64,000 nt of DNA from a virus. Positions within the stretch are counted from its first letter, which is position 1, and the number at the start of each line of letters is the position of its first letter. The stretch is taken from the IMG/VR virus record IMGVR_UViG_3300045988_127389, positions 58,908-122,907 of that record; one strand, given 5' to 3'. Below, piece after piece: positions 57,262 to 64,000 of the stretch. The notes beneath the pieces were generated by a model. The model worked only from the letters and a program-made list of their open reading frames with translations, had not been told where the DNA came from and made no database searches. The translations under genes and the position numbers were made by a program.

Positions 57262-57273
57262 CGGAGGGATTTA

Positions 57274-57624
57274 ATGCTTATCAATCCTAAAAAGAAGAAT
57301 GAAGAACGTGAACTTATTGATAGTTATAAAGAATATCTAAAAGATGTAATCAGGATTAAAGGTATCAATCCTGACAGATACAAGTTTGTTCATGGATATG
57401 TAAGCCACGTCACAGATTCAGTTGTTGCTGGTGGTTCACATCCTAAATCATTTGGTAACGAATTAAATAATTGGGAAAGGATTCCTAGTCCAGAATTTGA
57501 TAAGGATAGTTGGGTGTATTTATACAATGATTGTAGTGGTAAAAATCGTATTGTTATCAATGCAATTGAATATAATAGACGTGTCGTAGTTGTTAGATAT
57601 GAATGTCCTGCTGATAGTGACTGA
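57274..57624 (+). CDS. small-protein family paralogue (116 aa)
   Basis: WERIPSPEFDKDSWV motif, the closest paralogue to the preceding ORF. Confidence 0.5.
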   Translation: MLINPKKKNEERELIDSYKEYLKDVIRIKGINPDRYKFVHGYVSHVTDSVVAGGSHPKSFGNELNNWERIPSPEFDKDSWVYLYNDCSGKNRIVINAIEYNRRVVVVRYECPADSD

Positions 57625-57705
57625 TAAGGTCACTATTTTTATATCGTTAATTTTTATACGGATAAGAAAGTAAGTTTCTCTGAAAACATATGAGGAGAGA
57701 AGAAT

Positions 57706-58287
57706 ATGAGATTAGTTTCAGAATTGTGGAAATCAGTTGGTATCGTAAATGGCATAGATTTTACTGGTATTTACGAAATAAGTACAAAGGGTAGAGTTAA
57801 AAGGTTAGAAAGAACTGCAACCGATAAGCATGGAAATAAATACTATGTCCCATTTGCTATACGGTACGGCGTTCCGATGAGTAAGCGTGAAGGTTATTTG
57901 AGAATAATACTAAGGAAAAACGGTGAATACACTACAGCTTATGTACATAAACTTGTCGCAGAGGCGTTTCTTATAAATCCAAATGGATATGAAGTCGTGA
58001 ATCATAAAGACGAGGATAAACAAAATCCAGATGTCAATAACCTTGAATGGTGTACAAGAAGTTATAATGTACTTTATAGCAGAACGCCAGAAATTGTTGC
58101 AAAAATTTCAAAACCTGTTGCGCAGATAGATATGGATGGCAATATCGTAAAAATATGGCCTTCGATGAAAAGTACAAGTGAAGGTGGTTTTATATATCAA
58201 AATGTTCAAAGATGTGTGAATGGGAAACTGAAAAAACACAAGGGGTTTATATGGAAGAGTGTTAATGATATTGATAAATCGGGCTGA
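57706..58287 (+). CDS. HNH homing endonuclease (NUMOD4 + HNH_3)
   Basis: WKSVGIVNGIDFTGIYEISTKGRVKR (NUMOD4) and VHKLVAEAFLINPNGYEVVNHKDEDKQNPDVNNLEW (HNH_3). Confidence 0.7.
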   Translation: MRLVSELWKSVGIVNGIDFTGIYEISTKGRVKRLERTATDKHGNKYYVPFAIRYGVPMSKREGYLRIILRKNGEYTTAYVHKLVAEAFLINPNGYEVVNHKDEDKQNPDVNNLEWCTRSYNVLYSRTPEIVAKISKPVAQIDMDGNIVKIWPSMKSTSEGGFIYQNVQRCVNGKLKKHKGFIWKSVNDIDKSG

Positions 58288-58738
58288 TATAGCCCAATTC
58301 TCGTAGATATAATAGCTACGTGCCGTACAACGTTGTATACAACACCGAGTTTGTATTCTACCCCCTACCATAGTGGGTTAATGGGTTAGCCACCACTAAC
58401 CGCGTTCAACCCCTGACGGTTAGTTACGACTAACTAACTTCATCGCTTTACCGTGCTGAAGCGATTGTTACATACTTGCTTAGATGCTCACGATGTATAC
58501 AACGTATCAGAACAATGTTGTATCCAACGTGACAGTGCAACGTGATAGACCAACGATGTATACAATAAAAAATAAAACAAAAAATCCTTTACCACACTAA
58601 AGCACTAAAGACTTCAGCATGGTAAAGGACTAAAGTTTTTAATAATAATTCCTATTTACCAGATTTTCCAGTTTTTGCCTTTTCTGGTAAATAGGAACGT
58701 TTGCTATTTGTTGTTGTGCGGTGTGTTGTTTCGTGGGT

Positions 58739-59023
58739 TCACCGCAACGGCTTGCAGTCAATAACCCACCAAGCCCACGGGTTAGTAGGTTCACCGTTCA
58801 CATCGAAGTAAACCTTCACTTCCTCACCAACATGATAGTTAGTGCCCTCAAACTCGAACACGTCCCCACCGACGTTTACCTCAACCTGTTCGCCGCACAC
58901 GGACACTATTTTACCATTCTTTGCCAGCTGGTTAGTCGGCTCAAACTCCCCTGCACCCACGTTGCAAGCGGTAAAGGTGAACACGACAAACAGGACGGAA
59001 AGAACAACAAAAAACTTTTTCAT
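58739..59023 (-). CDS. putative lipoprotein (94 aa)
   Basis: Signal peptide with a lipobox-like TFTAC. Confidence 0.4.
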   Translation of the reverse strand: MKKFFVVLSVLFVVFTFTACNVGAGEFEPTNQLAKNGKIVSVCGEQVEVNVGGDVFEFEGTNYHVGEEVKVYFDVNGEPTNPWAWWVIDCKPLR

Positions 59024-59121
59024 AATAAATTAAACCCCATTCTTATTTTAGATTAAATAAATAAAGTGAAAACGCGGACTTGTTGAAAGTCTTTCAATAG
59101 TATCCGCTTGTTATGTATTAG

Positions 59122-60015
59122 TTAAATATCCTTGTTGCGTTCTGGACGTTGATATTTAGCTTTCCCGGTTGCGTTCTTGACAAATTCATTGTTAATTAAA
59201 ACGCTCGCGCGGTCTACACTAATTTCAGCGTTTGCGAAACGCTTTAGAATGAGCGCCCATTCCTTGCACAGGCAAAACCCCCATGTGATTTGTACGGGGT
59301 TGACATAGTGGAATAAGCGAACCTCAAAAAGTTCGCTTTTGTCCAGATTCAACCATGAATAATAGTATTTGCTAAATTCATTGTTATCTTCTGCGTAGTG
59401 CGTAAAATTGCGCCCGAAAACTTTTACAGTCCATTCTGGATTGTTCCGCATTGTCTGCTGAACTTTTCCAAAAAGCTCGCTCGCATGATTGCGAATTTTC
59501 CATACTGCATTATCATACCCATCAAAAGATATGTTGATGTGATGACCACAACGGCCTGAAGTCATATCAACATATTGCTCAAGGCTTTTATAATATGCCT
59601 TGTTGCCATGTAGATTAGTAAAAGTAAACGATTTTAGCTCGTCATAAACAGAACCGTCATGCTCACGCCAAAGCGCGAATCGAGCAAGGAAGCCGCCCAT
59701 ATTTTCAGGCGTTTCCTCGAATTTATAGCGGCTGATTTCAATTTCCGGGGTCATATAAACCCCGGCTTTTGTCGCTTTGGTCGTTCCAAACAATGGCCGC
59801 TCAACGCCGTTTGGTGTTACAAACGGCTCATGGTAACGGCGTTGACGAATGCAAGCCTCGTGCACATACACACTCGGCTCATGGTTTGTGCTGGCGTGAA
59901 CGAATGCAAACTCGCCTATTTGCTCTCCGCAAATTGCGCACTTCGTCCCCGTGCGGGGTCTGCTGTTTTCGAGAATTTCATCGAAAACGGTTTTTGTTGT
60001 TCTTGCTTTCAACAT
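59122..60015 (-). CDS. hypothetical protein (297 aa) with N-terminal Cys/His cluster
   Basis: Long ORF inside the repeat-rich region, with a CAICGE...HEAC cluster. Confidence 0.45.
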   Translation of the reverse strand: MLKARTTKTVFDEILENSRPRTGTKCAICGEQIGEFAFVHASTNHEPSVYVHEACIRQRRYHEPFVTPNGVERPLFGTTKATKAGVYMTPEIEISRYKFEETPENMGGFLARFALWREHDGSVYDELKSFTFTNLHGNKAYYKSLEQYVDMTSGRCGHHINISFDGYDNAVWKIRNHASELFGKVQQTMRNNPEWTVKVFGRNFTHYAEDNNEFSKYYYSWLNLDKSELFEVRLFHYVNPVQITWGFCLCKEWALILKRFANAEISVDRASVLINNEFVKNATGKAKYQRPERNKDI

Positions 60016-61141
60016 AATTAAACCTACTTTCTCGGCCTATATGGGCCGTTTCAAAATGTTTTTGTTCCATGTGGAACAATCGGGTTTTTGTTTCATGCGG
60101 AAACTTCGCCTTGCACTTTTCTTTTTGTTCCGTCCCTCGTGCAAGTCGGGACAATGGCCGGGAACGATATTCAATTTTCAATGTGCTGTAAACTTTACTG
60201 TTTACAAGACTATTATACAGTTGTATCAGTTGTAAATCAATATTGATTTTGTTGTTTTTCTGGTTGTGTTTTCAGTTGTGACGTAAAAGAAAACGGTAAA
60301 AACGCTATGATTTTTTGTGCAAAACGACACAAGTTTCGTTGTATACAACACGAACTTGGTCTGTTTTGTGCAATGTGCACACAAAATCCCAACAAATCTT
60401 TTATATTTTTGTACAATATGCTACAACAGCTAGTTGTGGGTCTGTTTTTAGCACACATAAGCACCGAGTGCTAAAATGAGATATACTAACTTTCAACAAA
60501 AAATTTTATGAAAATAAAGAAAAATGCGCTGGGCACTTTATCTTTTATATCTTGATATGAAAAAAGCTTTACTTTCTTTTAGTTTTACGATGCTTTAGCA
60601 GTTAGTGCGACTAACTGCTAAATTCATAGACTGTTCATAATCTGTTGTATACAATCATGCCTTTTGCGTTGTATACATTAGCAATCGGTCTGCTGGACTG
60701 CTAGAGTTAGTTAGTCTAAACTAACCAGTGGGGCTGTTCAGTTAGTTATAACAAACTAACTTTATCACACTAAAGCACTGAAGTTAGTTTGTCATAACTA
60801 ACCGCTGCATCCATCGTTGGATACAAGCTAGTATCCATTCTTGTGAGCAACGCGCACTCGCAAATACATTTCAGGCTCGCCCCATCTACAACGAAAAATC
60901 TACAAAAATCTATACTTTTCAATCTATGCACTATATTTTCATATCTTGATATGAGTCGAATTTACAAACCTATAACGCTCTAGTTCATATCAAAATATGA
61001 AAACGGAAAAAATTCATATAATTGCAAAAACAGAAAAATCTCTATAAATATACAAACTTCTGTCATATCTTGATATGAAATTCTAAAACAGAAAATTTTA
61101 AATAAATTCATATCTTGATATGAAATAACAAAATATAAAAG

Positions 61142-61172
61142 ATAGGCTCACGCTGAAAAGCGTGAGCCTATC
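61142..61172 (-). terminator. rho-independent terminator
   Basis: Hairpin ATAGGCTCACGC-TGAAAA-GCGTGAGCCTAT. Confidence 0.5.
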
Positions 61173-61255
61173 TGATTTTACTTCACCTGTTGCACTCGGA
61201 TAAATCCAAAGTCATCACGGATAACGTAGCGGTGTGTCGGGTACAAATACGGCAT

Positions 61256-61468
61256 CTAGTTTGTAGTCCAGCCTCGACCGTACCACCGGAGTTTCCAGTA
61301 CAGACCCTCTTGATAAAGGATTCTGTTCATCTGCCGACCTGTTAATGGCTTCTTTGCCGGTGTGTACTTCTCGCCGATGTAAAATCCCTCGCTGTCGTGG
61401 ATTGCTTCAACCTTGCTCCATGCCTTGCTCAAGCGGCTGTTGGCGTTCTTATAAGATTTCTTGCTCAT
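61256..61468 (-). CDS. hypothetical basic protein (70 aa)
   Basis: ORF followed by the terminator hairpin at 61142-61172. Confidence 0.35.
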   Translation of the reverse strand: MSKKSYKNANSRLSKAWSKVEAIHDSEGFYIGEKYTPAKKPLTGRQMNRILYQEGLYWKLRWYGRGWTTN

Positions 61469-62363
61469 GGTATGTACCTCTCTGTTTATCTGTCTGTCGT
61501 TATGTATTCGGTTTGGGCTTTGGCCTGTCGCCCTTTCCGTGATTCTATTCTACCAGAACGCAAGACAAAAATCAATAGTAAATTGAAAAGTTCACAAATT
61601 GTTCACAATTTAGTGCAGCGAAGCGCATTCGCCCTCTTCAAGTTCATATCTTGATATGAAACAATCTGATTGCAATTCTCTTTTAGATTTCATATCGAGA
61701 TATGAATTACTCAAATCAAAAAATCTGTAAAAATCATATCTTGATATGAAATTCTAGCGTTCTACACATTTATTTTTTCATAGCTTGATATGACCCAATT
61801 CTATAATACAAATTCATATCTTGATATAATTTATTAAAAATTTTCTATAAAAATTATTTTATAAAATTTTTTCTATTTTGATATTTGAATATTTGATTTA
61901 TTTTTTCTTATTTTGTATTCTACAAGCGTGGAACTGTACAGAAACTTTGTATATGGCTGTATAGTATGCCAAACTACTGGAATAATTTTGTAAATCCTTA
62001 TAGTAGCCTTGCCGAAGTGCTGGAATCTTGTTTGTATCCGCTCTAGTAGTCCTGCAAAGCCATGTGCAATGTTTTCTGTGCTGTCTAGTATGATTTGCCG
62101 CACAGCAAACAAGCCCGTTGTAGCGTCTCTGTGTGGCATATAACGTCGCCGGGTCGTTTCTCCTAGTCCGGGCTTTCTGGACTGCAATTATTATACCATA
62201 TCAGGCGCAAAAAGTCCCACGAATCAAGAATTGTTCACATTCTGGTTTTTTATATCTTGATATGATTTTGTAAATCTAAAGAGAACTGTCGGGAGTCATA
62301 GCTTGATATGAAAATTTTTCGTAGCATGAGTTAGTTATGACTAACTAACTTTGTTAAAAAGAA

Positions 62364-62392
62364 AACAACCTGATTCTTCACATCAGGTTGTT
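62364..62392 (-). terminator. rho-independent terminator after hicA-like gene
   Basis: Hairpin AACAACCTGAT...ATCAGGTTGTT followed by TTTTCTTTTT on the minus strand. Confidence 0.55.
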
Positions 62393-62416
62393 AGAGGAGG
62401 GACTTTGTTAATTATT

Positions 62417-62611
62417 TCACACGTCCCAAGGGATATTATGCTGTTTACAAATGTCTTGCCAAAGTTTACCGTTTACACTCCTTGCAAGCGGTACGGTTAA
62501 CATCTCGCCTTCACCTCTGCGGTAAATGTGATGTGAACCTTTTACATGGTCAAGCGTGAAACCAGCTCGGCGCAATGCTCTTTGCACTGTAATTCTTTTT
62601 ATTTCTTTCAT
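62417..62611 (-). CDS. hicA: HicA-like (YcfA family) mRNA interferase toxin homologue
   Basis: GFTLDHVKGSHHIY...MLTVP...G.L..I.KQ matches the HicA consensus. A terminator hairpin follows at 62364-62392. Confidence 0.6.
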   Translation of the reverse strand: MKEIKRITVQRALRRAGFTLDHVKGSHHIYRRGEGEMLTVPLARSVNGKLWQDICKQHNIPWDV

Positions 62612-63050
62612 TTTAGATTCCTTTCTGCATTTCTGCTATCAAGTAGTTTATTTATTTTAACCCCGCCTTCTGATTATAATTATACTCGCTTTTAGGCAAA
62701 TGTCAATACTAAAATCAAAAAAATTTAAAAAAATATATTTTCTTTTTTCTTTTGATTTTTACTTTTTCATATCAAGATATGATTTTGTAAATTTGTAAAT
62801 TGTAAAAGATTTCATATCAAGATATGAAGTAGACCAAAACTTTGTTAAATTTTTGATTAGGTTTTACGTTGTATACAACAAAAAGATTGTTAAATATTTG
62901 GTTAAACGCATTGTTGTATACATCATTGTACAGCAAGAAGATTGTTAAATATTTGATTAGATGCAGCGATGTATACAACGTCATATCTTGCTATGAATTT
63001 TTCGTTGCACAGGTTAGTTTACGCTAACTAACTCACTTTACAAAAGTAAA

Positions 63051-63068
63051 GCGGGGATTTCTCCCCGC
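63051..63068 (-). terminator. terminator hairpin (GCGGGGATTTCTCCCCGC)
   Basis: GC-rich hairpin followed by a T-run on the minus strand. Confidence 0.5.
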
Positions 63069-63092
63069 CCACTTTATTTGTGTGAACTTCAG

Positions 63093-63419
63093 TTAAATGA
63101 AGTCGCACTCCTCGGCAATGGCTTCCAGCATGACACTTTCCTGATTGAATGCCATCTTTGCCCACGTTGCAAGCCCCACAGCGTCCTCCCGCGTGGTATA
63201 GCACAGCTCTACACGCAAGGACGGTTCGCGCACCGTCTCGCCGTTGTTGTGCTTATAAACGCCGTCAGCGCTATACACAGTAGCGCCATTGAAACGCCGT
63301 GCCACTTCATTGTTCAGAAGTGCCTGTGCGTTTGCGGGGTCAAGCTCCAACTTTTTGGTATCCTTATCAAACAGGCCGATGGTAACGATGAATTTTGTAG
63401 TCATAATGTTTTCCTCCAA
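63093..63419 (-). CDS. hypothetical protein (108 aa)
   Basis: ORF followed by the terminator at 63051-63068. Confidence 0.4.
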   Translation of the reverse strand: MEENIMTTKFIVTIGLFDKDTKKLELDPANAQALLNNEVARRFNGATVYSADGVYKHNNGETVREPSLRVELCYTTREDAVGLATWAKMAFNQESVMLEAIAEECDFI

Positions 63420-63784
63420 TGTTATGTATTTGTGTCATCCACTGTCTATATTATAGCATATTCAGCGGATTCTGTCAATACCCAATTTTTAGATTTTTGG
63501 GATTTCTTTTGTTGTTTTTTGTATTCCCTCCTTGCAAGTATATAATACCATATCCGCGTTAAAATAACAATTCGCATATTGCACAAACATACAGGCAATT
63601 TTTTGTGCATATTTCTACCCGGTTAGTTAGTCAAAACTAACCGCGCCTGTGGTGCGTCATATCAAGATATGAAACGCTCGATAATTTACAAACTAGAAAA
63701 TTCATATCAAGATATGAAAAAGCCAAAACAGAAAATAATGAAATAATCATATCAAGATATGAAATAGAAAATACAAAAAGAAAA

Positions 63785-63802
63785 GCGTGGATTTCTCCAC
63801 GC
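63785..63802 (-). terminator. terminator hairpin (GCGTGGATTTCTCCACGC)
   Basis: Duplicate of the 39.1-kb hairpin. Confidence 0.5.
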
Positions 63803-63808
63803 CTTCCC

Positions 63809-63991
63809 TTAGTAGTGAATCATCTGCTCGGCAAACTCGCTTGTTACTTTATAGCCGTGATATGTTACCATATCCGCTTCTTCAGCTTCAAGTTGTTCCT
63901 CGCGCTCCTCCTGTCTTGCGCGCTCCTCGCGCTCGTCCTCGATTCTGCACCACTCGGCCTCTGTACGAAGTTTTCCGTGTACGTTCAACAT
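63809..63991 (-). CDS. hypothetical acidic protein (60 aa, may extend beyond window)
   Basis: ORF at the window edge. A terminator hairpin follows at 63785-63802. Confidence 0.3.
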   Translation of the reverse strand: MLNVHGKLRTEAEWCRIEDEREERARQEEREEQLEAEEADMVTYHGYKVTSEFAEQMIHY

Positions 63992-64000
63992 ATCAATGCC

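Larger units (their letters stand above)
58340..62976. repeat. ~10 copies of 12-bp perfect palindrome GTTGTATACAAC (and near variants), partly within ~50-bp tandem direct repeats
   Basis: Copies near 58345, 58490, 58520, 58550, 60338, 60640, 60665, 62870, 62915 and 62965. The unit AAGATTGTTAAATATTTGRTTA repeats at 62885-62960. Confidence 0.6.
58400..63640. repeat. family of hairpin repeats AGTTAGT-N4-6-ACTAACT
   Basis: Copies near 58405, 60598, 60705, 60745, 60790, 62330, 63015 and 63612. Confidence 0.5.
60546..63761. repeat. family of ~18 copies of a 16-bp palindromic motif TCATATC-WW-GATATGA
   Basis: Copies near 60546, 60939, 60985, 61063, 61108, 61644, 61689, 61734, 61778, 61814, 62250, 62296, 62767, 62812, 62981, 63657, 63701 and 63746. 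The central TT/AA defines orientation. Confidence 0.7.

Noticed and set aside
60500-63800. CRISPR array
   Set aside because: The repeats are palindromic binding-site-like 12-16-mers with irregular spacing and mixed orientation. They are not direct repeats of 28-37 bp separated by unique spacers.

Overview
This window reads as the early / DNA-metabolism region of a large, AT-rich virulent dsDNA phage; no capsid or tail genes are present. Almost all genes run on the minus strand in short operons. At least 13 of them are driven by near-consensus sigma70 promoters (TTGAC[A/T], 17-bp spacer, TATAAT) carrying a conserved AAAACCCC upstream flank. Recognisable genes include a DnaE-type PHP DNA polymerase, a TOPRIM primase fused to a DnaB-like helicase, SSB, a Cas4-like nuclease, a Sak4-like ATPase, two Dam-like methyltransferases and a PIN-PhoH protein. 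Nucleotide metabolism is well represented by ThyX, FolD, dUTPase, a family-1 UDG, a dNMP kinase, and PRTase-like and deoxyribosyltransferase-like proteins. A roughly 4-kb gene-free segment (25.9-29.7 kb) carries at least 13 minus-strand tRNAs plus several aberrant tRNA-like elements and an endonuclease-like ORF. The most striking feature is an apparent RNA/tRNA repair and processing toolkit clustered around this tRNA array. It comprises a Thg1-like 3'-5' nucleotidyltransferase, a P-loop polynucleotide kinase fused to an HD phosphohydrolase, an Rnl-type ligase, an archaeal-type Pth2, a YqeY/GatB-domain protein, a calcineurin-like phosphoesterase and a Pol-beta-type nucleotidyltransferase. Other notable genes are a PurA/PurZ-like adenylosuccinate-synthetase homologue (possible 2-aminoadenine pathway), a Ro60-like TROVE+vWA protein beside a flotillin, a NADAR protein, a PncA-like amidase, a second vWA protein and an orphan HicA. 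Downstream (52.6-57.6 kb) a plus-strand array of about 13 paralogous small proteins ends with an HNH homing endonuclease. It is followed by a 5.5-kb repeat-dense, largely non-coding region (58.3-63.8 kb) containing three families of palindromic motifs.
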